A DNA stretch of 64,000 bases from an uncultured Gemmatimonadales bacterium (GCA_963695555.1 CAVOGR010000002.1:32001-96000); one strand, 5' to 3'; positions 28,099 through 37,742 are shown, counted from the stretch's first letter. Numbers and translations are program-made. The notes: generated by a model not told the origin, from the sequence alone.

Positions 28099-28287
28099 TA
28101 GCTAGACCGACAACTGAGCGGCGGTAGGATCCAACGCCAGCCTGGCACCTAAGTGCTTGTATGATATGTGATTATGGGACTGCCGGTGGGCAGGCCTGGG
28201 CGTCGGGCCGACCGGGAGCACCGGGCGACTCGCCGACAACCATCCCGGCCTTCGCACCTGCCGAGCGGCTGCTCTAGCTGTCTGGCC

Positions 28288-30835
28288 CTACTCCTCCCGC
28301 TCTGCCGCCAAGACCTCCGGTGTCAGCGGCTGTTGGCCGGCCCGGAGCGCCTCGATCCAGGCCTCGCGCCTGGCCTTCCGGTCGGCCTCGGACGTCGCCG
28401 CCACGAAGGCCTCGAGGTCCTGAATGGCGCCCTCAGTGTTGCCGGTGAGGGCGCGCACGATGCCACGGCTGTCCTTGATGTTCGCGTTGTCGGGTGCCAA
28501 CGCCACCGCCCGGTCACAGGCGGACACTACCTCCGCCGCCGAGTTCCAGAGCCCACCCCAATAACAGAGCGTGTTCCAGGCCGGCGCGGTGATCACGAGC
28601 TTCGCACTCCGGCGCTGAGCGGCTGTGTACCGGGACACCGCGTCCGCCACACTGCCCGAGCGCACCAGCTCCTGGCCTTCGCGAACCAGCGACAGGGCCT
28701 CGGTGTATTCAGCACCAGGCCAGAGCTGGATCAATTGCGCCTCCTCCAGATTGGTCAGGTACTGGAGCACGGCCTCCGCCGTGACCGTGCCGTAGTAACT
28801 CTCCCCCGCCTCCCGCGCTTCGGCCGCCACGAAGCGGGCAATGTCGAGTCCACTTCGCCTGCCGTCGACCGCGTTCATGGCCTCGAAGCGCATGAGCGAG
28901 CGGATGCCAGGCACGAAAGTGACGCGCCCTCGTTGGCGGAGAAACTCCGCCGGCCCCGCGACGAGCGCTGGCGTGAGCTCGGCCAGCCGCTCCTCGGCCG
29001 CCGAGCGATTGGCCGGCGGCACCTGTCGCTTGCCTGTCAGCTGCCGATACACCAACCCGACTTCACGGAGGGCCTGCGCCTCGCGCCGGTCGAGCTCCTG
29101 GAGGAACGGGTCGGTGAAGCGCGCCGCGCTTGGATCGACCTGCTCGAGCGAGGCGAGTGCCAGCCGCTCCCGCTGGGTCGCGTACCATACCTGATCCACG
29201 GCCTGCCGGTATGCCGCGTCTCTGTCGGATGCGCCCGCAATCCACGACAGTGCGAGCCGAACGTTTCGGCCCAAGCGCTCGAACCCGCGGCCGGCGGTGG
29301 CCGCGCCCAGCGCCGGCACCGATCCGCTGTCAGCGGAGGCCATGATGTAGGCCATGAGTCCCACCGCGGCCGCGCTCCGGCCGAGTTGGGTGCGATCGAT
29401 GTTCCAGAGATCGTCGTCGCTCGAGTGGATGTAGCGGTCGGGCATGTTGGTGAAGGTGACGCCCGGCACACCGATCGGCGCCTCGATGAACGTCATGTGA
29501 TCGGTGCTGGTGTGGTTGAAGATCATCTCGGCGTTGTAGCGGTGCCGCGTGCCGAGGTGGGCCAGGTGGGCTTGGATAGAGCGGGATACCGCCCTCGGCT
29601 GCGCCAGCTCGACGTGTTGGCCGCCACCATGTACTCGATCACCGACTCGACCACGTCGTTGAAGAAGTGGAACCGCGTCGCCGGCAGCCGCGTGACGTTC
29701 TGCTTCCGCATCACGTCCTGGGCCTGGTTGGCGCCCACCATGTCCTGATTGACGTTCACCCACATAGTGCGGTGGGCGTCGGGATGGTCGGCGAAGTACT
29801 GCCGCTGGCTCGAGATTTCGGTGACCCACCAGAACCGGATGGTCCGCCGCGGGCGCGGCAGCACGCCGCTGGCGATGAGCCGGTTCAGCGCCCGGGCCAC
29901 CTCGAGCACGCTCGCCGAGCCGCTCGCGTCGTCGTTGGCCGAGGTGCCTTCCTCCTGGAGGTGTCCGGTGAGCACGATGTCCTGGCCGAGGGTGGGCTCG
30001 GTCCCGCGGATGAAGGCTTCGACCATCACCTGCCACGGCTCGCTGCCCTGTGTGGACGTCGAAGCCGCGTCGACCACCGCCCGTACCGTGATCGGCTCTG
30101 TGCGCCTGGGCGAGTCGGTTCGCTGAGTAGCGACCCCCTGACGCGAGCGAGAGGCCAAACGCGAAGGTCGGCTCGTGTCCGTCCGATCCTCGGCTGGGGA
30201 TGCTGATCCACCGCAGCTGGTCGGGGCGGGCGAACCCGGCTCCGCTGATGCCGACGTCGGATGCGAACGGGCTCGGATACCAGATGATGCCGAGCGCCCC
30301 GCGGTTCCACACCGCCTCGCGCATCGCCCCGTTCAGCGACCCGTAGGTCAGCACGATCTTCCCGGCGACGTCCTTGCCCTGGTAGTCCGCCGCATCGCCT
30401 GCGCCGAGGTCGATCAATTCGGCGGTGACGTCGGTCGGTCGGCTGTAGTCGGCCAGGTGCAGCACCGATTGGAGTGTCGAGGCGAGCCGTTCAGGCTCCG
30501 GCTCGACGATCCAAAGATCGGCGAACTTGGCGTTCCAGGGGATGGTGGTGCTGGCCTGCTTGATCAGCTGAACATCGCTCAGGCCGAATTCAGTTGCCTT
30601 CTCGGCCACGTACTCAGCAACGCTCCAGAGCCCATCCGACCCGCCACGCGGGCGATGGAATTGGGTCATGAACCGGATGTGCTCCGTAGGCGGCGTCACC
30701 CGAGATCTCTTGGCTGATGAGTTGGGTCTGAGCGGGATCGAGCAGCGAAAGATCCTGGGCCTGGGCTTCGCCTGTCATCAGACATCCGAGGATCCCCAAC
30801 CCGACCCACACCTGGAAGCTCCGGGGGTGTATCAT
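28288..30835 (-). pseudogene. Secreted M28-family peptidase with PA-like insert and C-terminal TPR, multiply frameshifted (probably sequencing errors)
   Basis: Signal peptide in ORF 30614-30835; DIVLTGHLQE...ANDDASG...RTIRFWWVTE...NVNQDMVG in ORF 29523-30158; TDHMTF, YIHSSDD and TPR (AWNTLCYWG...DSRGIVRAL) in ORF 28288-30699. Confidence 0.85.
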
Positions 30836-30894
30836 GGTGCCGCACTCCGATTGAGGCTGACTATGGGATGGTCACGAGACCAAGGTAGCATATC

Positions 30895-30968
30895 AGGGAG
30901 TAGGGAGTAGGGAGTAGGAGTTGGCCTAAAGACGCTTCCTGCCCCCTACTCCCCACTCCCTACTCCCG
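30895..30968. repeat. Inverted pair of heptamer arrays (GGGAGTA...TACTCCC)
   Basis: Directly visible between divergent genes. Confidence 0.85.
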
Positions 30969-31160
30969 AAATCACCGCAGCTTGCCAGACTCCCGAGGCG
31001 TCCGGGCCCCTGCAGGATCTTGCAAGGCACCTCTTAAGTCCTTGCCAGCATAAGCGTTCGTTCCTCCGGCACCCGTATTGCTGATTTCCACTCTTTGTCC
31101 CCGCTTGCGATTCCCGATAGAGGGCTCGCGCTCGTGGGTGCCACCACCGGAGGCTGGGCA

Positions 31161-31508
31161 ATGTCGAAACGGTTCATGCTGCTGAGAATCCTTCCCGGAG
31201 TGCTGCTCCTGGCTCTGGGGGCGACCCCGCTCATGGGGCAAGGGAAGTCGGGGAAGGGATTCGAGGTCTCGGACGATCGTGCGGTCACGGTGACGCGGGA
31301 AGTGCTCGTCAAGGACGGGTACAACGTGGTACGGGTCGAGCGGGTGGGTGAGACGCAGGTCGTCTACTACCGCCGCGGCAACATGGGCAAGGGCAAGGGC
31401 AAAGGCCCGCTCCAGAAGCTGGTCATCCGCCGCGTAGCCAACCGCATCGTGTTCGAGGACACGGCGCCGGACATCCTGGTGAACATCGAGCTCAAGTTGA
31501 GGCTCTGA
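31161..31508 (+). CDS. Small secreted hypothetical protein
   Basis: GGAGG SD; signal peptide MSKRFMLLRILPGVLLLALGA; YYRRGNMGKGKGKGP motif. Confidence 0.8.
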   Translation: MSKRFMLLRILPGVLLLALGATPLMGQGKSGKGFEVSDDRAVTVTREVLVKDGYNVVRVERVGETQVVYYRRGNMGKGKGKGPLQKLVIRRVANRIVFEDTAPDILVNIELKLRL

Positions 31509-31533
31509 CCTGACTATTCAGGAGGAACTCGTG

Positions 31534-31662
31534 ATGGTCTCCGGACAAGTCAACAAGAGCAGCACCAAGCGCGGCCGTGTTATGCTGATTCTCCTGGCGG
31601 CCCTGCTGACCGCCGTGACGCTCTACGGCTATTACTTGGGGAGGAGCATCGTGGGGTCCTAG
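31534..31662 (+). CDS. 42-aa single-TM small protein (not in the ORF track)
   Basis: AGGAGGA SD; MVSGQVNKSSTKRGRVMLILLAALLTAVTLYGYYLGRSIVGS*; followed by a terminator. Confidence 0.7.
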   Translation: MVSGQVNKSSTKRGRVMLILLAALLTAVTLYGYYLGRSIVGS

Positions 31663-31682
31663 GTGATGGTCCGTCTCACAAA

Positions 31683-31720
31683 GAAAGCCCCAGGCCCTGG
31701 ATCCGGGACCTGGGGCTTTC
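31683..31720. terminator. Bidirectional terminator hairpin
   Basis: GAAAGCCCCAGG...CCTGGGGCTTTC between convergent small ORFs. Confidence 0.8.
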
Positions 31721-31742
31721 GCATGAGTGAGACGCGGCGCCT

Positions 31743-31850
31743 CTACCCTTCCTCGCGCACGTCCTTATTCATGACGAGAATCAATCCGCCTGCGAACACG
31801 ATCGCAAACACCACGATACCCACGACCCCGACGAGTACCTCGATCTTCAT
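31743..31850 (-). CDS. 35-aa single-TM small protein
   Basis: AGGAGG SD; MKIEVLVGVVGIVVFAIVFAGGLILVMNKDVREEG*; ATGA overlap with the upstream ORF. Confidence 0.7.
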   Translation of the reverse strand: MKIEVLVGVVGIVVFAIVFAGGLILVMNKDVREEG

Positions 31851-32014
31851 CTCGGCCTCCTGGTGGCCGCGGCCAACGCAAGGATAGATGGCACCCAGAG
31901 ACCCACGAAGATGCCGGCGTCCTTTTCCACGAAGAACCACAGAACCACAGAGAACACAAATGAGATGAAGGCCGCAATGAGGAACAGGGTCAGTGGCCAG
32001 TCCGTGGTGCGCAT
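31847..32014 (-). CDS. 55-aa two-TM small membrane protein (not in the ORF track)
   Basis: GAGGA SD; MRTTDWPLTLFLIAAFISFVFSVVLWFFVEKDAGIFVGLWVPSILALAAATRRPR*. Confidence 0.75.
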   Translation of the reverse strand: MRTTDWPLTLFLIAAFISFVFSVVLWFFVEKDAGIFVGLWVPSILALAAATRRPR

Positions 32015-32085
32015 GGGTCCTCGCTATGTGTTCAACAGGTTAGTGGATAACACCCTAATGGAACCTATCAGGCAACTTGGAACTT

Positions 32086-32142
32086 CGTGTCTATGCATTG
32101 TTCAATATAATAACTTGACAGACGATTAACAATTGCTACTCT
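32086..32142. promoter_or_regulatory. AT-rich divergent control region with two inverted pairs of 11-bp repeats (CarH/LitR-like operator candidate)
   Basis: + strand TAACTTGACAG/ACGATTAACAA; - strand TGAACA/TAGACA 11 bp apart; TTGACA-N16-TACTCT with extended TGn. Confidence 0.6.
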
Positions 32143-32228
32143 TCTTGCTGGACGCAGCGTTGACACTGCCGGAGCAACCCTAGCCGGACCACCGTGCGGA
32201 GTCCTGTTCAGAGAGGGAGGTACAGTCG

Positions 32229-32726
32229 GTGACCACAGCCTGCCGCGCCACGCCCGGTCTGGGGCAGGAGTCGGTCTGGGACTATCCCCGACCACCCCGG
32301 TTGGAAGACTTCGATGGTCACGTCGAGGTTGTCTTCCACGGAGTCACGATCGCAGAAACCAAATCGGCCAAGCGGGTGCTGGAGACGAGCCATCCTCCGG
32401 TCTTCTACCTACCCCACCCGGACATCCGACTGGACTACGTGCACCCCCAAGGCCGCACCTCTTGGTGCGAGTGGAAGGGTGAGGCCCGCTACTTCGACGT
32501 GCGCATTGGTGACCTCGTCGCGACGGCTGCAGCCTGGGCCTACCCCCACCCCAAGGCACCGTTCACCGCACTGAAGGATCATCTAGGCTTCTACCCCGCG
32601 CTCATGGACGCCTGTCTGATCAACGGAGAGCGAGTCACGCCACAGCCGGGTGGCTTCTATGGCGGGTGGATTACACCCAACATCGTCGGGCCGTTCAAGG
32701 GAACGCCCGGAAGCCACTCCTGGTAA
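32229..32726 (+). CDS. DUF427 family protein
   Basis: ESVWDYPRPP, RVLETSHPPVFY, SWCEWKG, AAWAYP, QPGGFYGGWIT, GPFKG. Confidence 0.92.
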   Translation: MTTACRATPGLGQESVWDYPRPPRLEDFDGHVEVVFHGVTIAETKSAKRVLETSHPPVFYLPHPDIRLDYVHPQGRTSWCEWKGEARYFDVRIGDLVATAAAWAYPHPKAPFTALKDHLGFYPALMDACLINGERVTPQPGGFYGGWITPNIVGPFKGTPGSHSW

Positions 32727-32743
32727 CCGGCACGGGAGACGCG

Positions 32744-33493
32744 ATGCAAACTGACACCCATACTCCCGCCACGTTTCTCGTGGTCGGTGCGACGGGGGGC
32801 ATCGGGTCGGCACTAGCGCGGACACTGGTCGCGCGCGGCCATCGCGTGACGGTAGCAGGCCGGACGGCGGCGGCCGTTGAGGCCCTGGCCGCCGAGATCG
32901 GTGCCTATCCTCTGGTGTTCGATGCCACCGATGCCGCGGCGGTGGACGCGGGCGTGCGAGCCGCCAAGCAGCATTTCGGCACTCTAGACGGCATCGCCAA
33001 CTGCGTCGGCTCGGTTTTACTCAAGCCCGCCCACCTCACGAAACCCGAGGAGTGGGCCCACACCCTGACGACCAACCTGGGCTCGGCGTTCGCAGTCGTG
33101 CAGGCCGCCGGCCGTACGCTCAGGGAAGGGGGTGGTTCGGTTGTGCTGGTCGCGACCGCCGCGGCACGAATCGGCTTGCCCAACCACGAGGCGATCGCAG
33201 CAGCCAAAGGAGGGGTGATCGCGCTTACCCGATCGGCCGCTGCCACGTACGCGCCTGCGGGAATCCGATTCAACGCCGTGGCCCCCGGATTGGTGAAGAC
33301 CGGGGCAACCGAACGCATCTGGAGCAACCCCGCGAGCGCCAAGACATCGGCCGGAATGCATCCGTTGGGGCGGTTTGGTGAGCCAGTGGAGATTGCGACC
33401 GCTATCACCTGGTTGCTGGAACCCGCACAGGGCTGGATCACCGGTCAAGTCATCGGTGTGGATGGCGGGCTGGCGGACTTAAAGCTCCGATAG
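32744..33493 (+). CDS. Short-chain dehydrogenase/reductase with atypical active site
   Basis: VVGATGGIG, NAVAPGLVKT, HPLGRFG, ITGQVIGVDGG; HEAIAAAK where YxxxK is expected. Confidence 0.9.
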   Translation: MQTDTHTPATFLVVGATGGIGSALARTLVARGHRVTVAGRTAAAVEALAAEIGAYPLVFDATDAAAVDAGVRAAKQHFGTLDGIANCVGSVLLKPAHLTKPEEWAHTLTTNLGSAFAVVQAAGRTLREGGGSVVLVATAAARIGLPNHEAIAAAKGGVIALTRSAAATYAPAGIRFNAVAPGLVKTGATERIWSNPASAKTSAGMHPLGRFGEPVEIATAITWLLEPAQGWITGQVIGVDGGLADLKLR

Positions 33494-33613
33494 GATTGGC
33501 CCGCGTGGTTGCGTTCCATACGCCAGGAGTCACACGCCATTCCTAAGTCAGCGGTCCCACGTCTTGCTATTGAAGACGTGGGACCCTGGTCTACTCACCT
33601 TCCCCCTACCTCC

Positions 33614-34552
33614 TTAACTCCTTACTCCTCCCTTCATCCCCTTCGGATCCCACGTCTTGGCATGCGGCTGGTAGGTGGTCTTCTCGGCCCAACCCTCGCG
33701 GCGGATCCATTCTTCGAGCAAGGTCAGCGAGACCTCCGGAAAGGTCCGGCCAAGTGCCGGAATGTCGGCCTGGTAGCCCTGCTGATTGAACCACTTGTAC
33801 ATGAGTGCCACGTCCGGGCCGGCGCCGACCCGGAGCAGGAGGAGGGGAATCCGGGTGAATTTGACCGGCCGGCCCATGACCCGGCCGAACGTGGCGGCGA
33901 CTTCGAGGTTGGTCACCTCATCGCCCGCGATCTCGTAGGCCTGGCCCAGCATCTCGTCGCCGCGTTCGAACACGGCCGCGGCGAACGCCCCGATGTCATC
34001 CACGGCAATCAGTTGATAGGGCTTGTCCGCGCGCACCCCGTCGACCAGGCGACCCTTGAGGATCCCCTTCTCGACCTGGGCCATGTAGTAGTTCTCCATA
34101 AACGAGACCGGGCGGAGGATCGTCGCCGGCAGGTTCAGCTTCCGGATGTACTGCTCCAGCACCCACTTGGTCTCGAAATGGGGAACGCCCGAACTTCGCT
34201 CGGCGCCACCCACCGATGAGTACACAAAATGCTTTACCCGGGCCTGCTTGGCCGCTTCCGCCAGCGTCCGGCCCTGGCGGACTTCACCGTCCAGGCCCGC
34301 AGTCCACCATTCCTGCACACTGAAGACGCCGTACGCACCATCGACGGCCCGCGCAACTGAGGTGGGGTCGTCGAGGTCTCCGCGGACAACTTCCGCCCCT
34401 CTCCCGGCCAGCGCGCGCGCGGCCGGCGTGTCGGGGTTTCGGGTCAAGGCCCGGACCGGCCAGCCACGCTCGAGCAGACGGCGCGCCGTGGCGCCGCCCT
34501 GCCGACCGGTGGCGCCGGTGACCAGCACCGGGCCTCGGGGTTGATGCGACAA
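33614..34552 (-). CDS. NmrA/HSCARG family NAD(P)-binding protein
   Basis: VLVTGATGRQGG, HFVYSSV, GVPHFETK, RPVSFMEN; TTG start with AGGAG SD. Confidence 0.9.
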   Translation of the reverse strand: MSHQPRGPVLVTGATGRQGGATARRLLERGWPVRALTRNPDTPAARALAGRGAEVVRGDLDDPTSVARAVDGAYGVFSVQEWWTAGLDGEVRQGRTLAEAAKQARVKHFVYSSVGGAERSSGVPHFETKWVLEQYIRKLNLPATILRPVSFMENYYMAQVEKGILKGRLVDGVRADKPYQLIAVDDIGAFAAAVFERGDEMLGQAYEIAGDEVTNLEVAATFGRVMGRPVKFTRIPLLLLRVGAGPDVALMYKWFNQQGYQADIPALGRTFPEVSLTLLEEWIRREGWAEKTTYQPHAKTWDPKGMKGGVRS

Positions 34553-34697
34553 TCAGACTCCTAGTGTCATGCAGGATTGGCACCTGAGAAGGGTGCAGGG
34601 AGCAGGCATATAGGAAGGGGGATGAGTCGGAACGGCACAGCATTCCCTGCCTTCCCCCCTCCCTACTCCCTACTCCCTACTCCCTACTTTCCCCACC

Positions 34698-35186
34698 TTA
34701 CATCGCCGGTGCCGGCGCATCGGTGTTCCAGATGTCGCTGATGCAGAGCCACGAGCCGTCGGCCTGCCGCTCGTAGATCGCATGCCACTTCCCGACCTGC
34801 TTCGTCAGCTGGCCCTCGGCCGGGCCGAGGTCGAAGGTGTAGGAGCCTCGCGCGTAGGCCAGATTCCCCTGGCCGTCGATCAGCTGGGGCATGAGCGTGA
34901 GCTTGGTGACCGCCGGCAGGGTTTCGGCAGATGCCAGGATACCGTCTTTCCCTTGATACATGGGTTGGTTGGGCGGCATCCGAACCGCATCGTCGGCGTA
35001 GTACGTGATGTAGGTAGCCCAGTCCTGGGCGGTCACGGTCGCGCCGTAGTTGTCCACCATGCCGCGGATGGCTGCCATGTCTTGCTCGCTCAGCGCGGCC
35101 GGCGCGGCCGGAGCCTCGGCGGGCGGCTGGCAGGCGGCTACGGTCAGCCCGAGGGCAAGGGTAACGAGGAGACTGCGCGGGGACAT
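34698..35186 (-). CDS. NTF2-like (DUF4440/YybH) lipoprotein
   Basis: Lipobox VAA-C; YADDAVRMPPN, LAYARGSY, ERQADGSW; AGGAGG SD. Confidence 0.85.
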   Translation of the reverse strand: MSPRSLLVTLALGLTVAACQPPAEAPAAPAALSEQDMAAIRGMVDNYGATVTAQDWATYITYYADDAVRMPPNQPMYQGKDGILASAETLPAVTKLTLMPQLIDGQGNLAYARGSYTFDLGPAEGQLTKQVGKWHAIYERQADGSWLCISDIWNTDAPAPAM

Positions 35187-35211
35187 AGGAACCTCCTGGA
35201 GGGTTACGGGT

Positions 35212-35405
35212 ATTACCTATTACCTATTACCTATTGGCTATTGGCTATTGGCTATTGGCTGGGCGCAATCTACCCGGGGGTGCCGATTCCGCCACCGCCG
35301 AGAGCAACTCATAGGGTTACCGGAATCGACTCCTTACTCGTCACTCCCCGCGTCCTACACCCTATACCCTACTCCCTACTCCCTACTCCCTACTCCCTAC
35401 TCCCC
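35212..35405. repeat. Mixed heptamer arrays (TATTACC/TATTGGC then TACTCCC)
   Basis: Units change from TATTACC to TATTGGC within one array. Confidence 0.88.
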
Positions 35406-35409
35406 TCTT

Positions 35410-35817
35410 CTACGCCATCCACCCCGCAAGCTTATACCCCGCCCCCGCCACGACGGCCGTCAGCACGAATCCCCACACCATGTCGACCACGGCCACGATC
35501 GGCGGGAAGCCCCTGAGCGTCGCCAGGTTGGTCAGGTCGTAGGTGGCGTAGGCGATCAGGCCGAACAGCCCGCCGAGCAGCACGGCGTACCGGAAGGACG
35601 CACGCTCGAGCGCGGGGAGGACGGCAAACAAGAGAACGCCGCCCACAAAGATCAGATAGAACAGGAGTGCAGCACCCCAGCGCACATCGGGACGCAGCAG
35701 GTCTCCGAGATGCCGCTGGTAGAAGCCCTTGGCCAGGACGCCCAACCACACCATGTCGATGGCCAGGAAAACGACGAGGGTTGCGAAGTAGAGCTTGACG
35801 AACGCGGCGATGGTCAT
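35410..35817 (-). CDS. DUF2177 family membrane protein
   Basis: IDMVWLG, AALLFYLIF, YATYDLTNLATL, VDMVWG. Confidence 0.92.
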   Translation of the reverse strand: MTIAAFVKLYFATLVVFLAIDMVWLGVLAKGFYQRHLGDLLRPDVRWGAALLFYLIFVGGVLLFAVLPALERASFRYAVLLGGLFGLIAYATYDLTNLATLRGFPPIVAVVDMVWGFVLTAVVAGAGYKLAGWMA

Positions 35818-35949
35818 TGGGCACCCTCGGTGGAATAGGGGTCGGACAACGTCATGCTGGCTCTGGCAGCGAATGCCTTACCGTGCGCCACATGCAAAGC
35901 GCGCGCACGACCGGGGGGCCGAACGCGCGCCTGTGACCTGCTCGCCGAG

Positions 35950-37521
35950 TTAGCGCGCGGCGACCTTGAGTTGCGTCAGGGTCTCCGGCGCCACGTTCGC
36001 CTCGGTGGACTTGAGGTAGGCATGCGGGTCGTGCATGATCGCGCCCTCGGGGAGGTAGCGATAGAGCGGCCCCAATTCGGACTCGATCCGATTCTGATAG
36101 AACGTGGGCAGCTGATCGGAGTCTCCATCCATGAATCGGCGCACGGTCATGTCGCTCTGCAGCATCTGCCGAATCCCGGTGTGGTAGCGAATCCGACCGT
36201 TCCCTTCGGACGACAGGGCCCGTACCAGGTTCATCCAGCGCGACGTGAACGCCTTGGTCGCAACGAAGCGCCGCGCGTTGGCTCGGGCGGTGAAGGAATA
36301 CTTGGTCACATCGACCACGTGATCGTAGAATTCCGGCCACTTGTAGTGGAGCGGCCGCACGTTCATCGCATGGTTGTTGTTGAGGAATATGAACGGGAAC
36401 GGCACGATCCTGCCGGCCCGCTGGTATTCGAGATTGAGCGGCGCCGCTCGACCGAACGCGGACAGGAGCGAGTACGCCGGGAACGCGCCCGGCGCCAGGT
36501 CGAGGAAGCGCTTGGTGAGCTCGAACGGCTCGGCGCCCTCATCCGAATCCATCCCCATCACGAAGTTGGTCTGCACGTACGGGATGTACCGAAGGACCAT
36601 GTTGATGTGCTCGGCGACTTGGGTGACCTTCTCCATCCCGGTGCGCCGGGTCTTCGACTTGTTCCCGAGGTCGTACCATGACTCGATCCCCGGCAACATG
36701 GCGCCGAACCCGTTCTTCTTGAGCCGTGCCAGATGAGGCTCGGAGAGGAGCGAGAGGCTGCTCTCCGCCACGTGCCGCATGCGGCCCGGCGGAACGGCGG
36801 CCTCGATCGCTTCCATGTAGTCGTCGAATCGCACCCCGAAATTCGGATCGTGCCAGCCCACGATGGGGCGCTTGAACTTGGTCAGGAGAAACCGCAGATC
36901 GGCCTGCAGTTGCTCGAAGCCGAGGGGCTGATAAGGCACCGTGGAGTCGATGCAGAAGCTGCAGGTGTAAGGGCAACCGAGGCTGCCGATCATCGGGACG
37001 ATCTTGATGGTCGGGGCTTTCTTGAGCGTCGCGTCGACAAACTTCCAGCGCTCCTCGAGCCCAGGCAGTTCGGCCGGCTGGTTTGGAGCGGATAGCCAGC
37101 GACCATAGGGGCGGTGCGGTGCATGATCTCGCAGCACCTCATCGACCGTGGCCTTGTCGGTGAAGCCCAGCACGTAATCGAAGTACTTCCGTGCGTCCTC
37201 CGGATAGCACCGCGCGTGCGGGCCACCAAGCACGGTGACGGCGCCGCGTTGCCGGAACAGATTGCTCAGGGCGTATGCCAGGAACGCCGATTGCGTGAAA
37301 GCACCGATGAACACCAGGTCGAGATCGGATGGCAGCTCGGACACCAGGTCTTCCATGCCGGTGTAACAGACAAAATGGACCTCGGCCCCGGCCTCTTCGC
37401 ACCACACGCCGAGCACCTGGGGCATGATGCTCGCCAGGTTTGCGTTCATCACGCGGCCATACAGCGATGGATTGGGGCTTTTCGTGACCAGGTCGATGAT
37501 GCCGACGCGAAGCTGCTTCAT
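35950..37521 (-). CDS. Cobalamin-binding-domain radical SAM enzyme
   Basis: VLGGPHA (B12-binding-type region), GCPYTCSFC (CxxxCxxC), PGIES, NFVMGMDSD. Confidence 0.88.
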   Translation of the reverse strand: MKQLRVGIIDLVTKSPNPSLYGRVMNANLASIMPQVLGVWCEEAGAEVHFVCYTGMEDLVSELPSDLDLVFIGAFTQSAFLAYALSNLFRQRGAVTVLGGPHARCYPEDARKYFDYVLGFTDKATVDEVLRDHAPHRPYGRWLSAPNQPAELPGLEERWKFVDATLKKAPTIKIVPMIGSLGCPYTCSFCIDSTVPYQPLGFEQLQADLRFLLTKFKRPIVGWHDPNFGVRFDDYMEAIEAAVPPGRMRHVAESSLSLLSEPHLARLKKNGFGAMLPGIESWYDLGNKSKTRRTGMEKVTQVAEHINMVLRYIPYVQTNFVMGMDSDEGAEPFELTKRFLDLAPGAFPAYSLLSAFGRAAPLNLEYQRAGRIVPFPFIFLNNNHAMNVRPLHYKWPEFYDHVVDVTKYSFTARANARRFVATKAFTSRWMNLVRALSSEGNGRIRYHTGIRQMLQSDMTVRRFMDGDSDQLPTFYQNRIESELGPLYRYLPEGAIMHDPHAYLKSTEANVAPETLTQLKVAAR

Positions 37522-37742
37522 GACGCCTTTCTATGGAAAAAGGTGAGCGGCGCACCTTGCGTGCGTCACCACACCCATCCACACGATGTTCCAGCGAGCA
37601 TTGGGACGGCGAATCCCTGCTCTGCAGGGCGCCGGGAGAGCGGTACAGCTCCTCAGGATCGGAAGGTCTCGAAAGATAAGGCTCGCTGCGGTACCCGGCT
37701 AGTCTGGTCACGCGGAGGTCACAAAAGAGCACATGGCCGGCA

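Noticed and set aside
29560..30700. Programmed frameshifting in the M28 peptidase
   Set aside because: Too many clustered indels with no slippery sequences; the pattern fits sequencing error.
32043..32051. DnaA-box-like TTATCCACT (minus strand) in an AT-rich gap
   Set aside because: Single imperfect box with no cluster or origin-associated genes.
34782..35838. ORFs encoding PTPYSLL / LLAIGYW repeats (also 17745-18119, 2318-2572, 7514-7753)
   Set aside because: These are translations of intergenic heptamer arrays, not credible proteins.
37590..37682. + strand resemblance to the 3' half of a SAM-I riboswitch (GGTAC...GAAAGATAAG)
   Set aside because: Wrong strand for the radical SAM gene, and no P1 partner or kink-turn/pseudoknot core.
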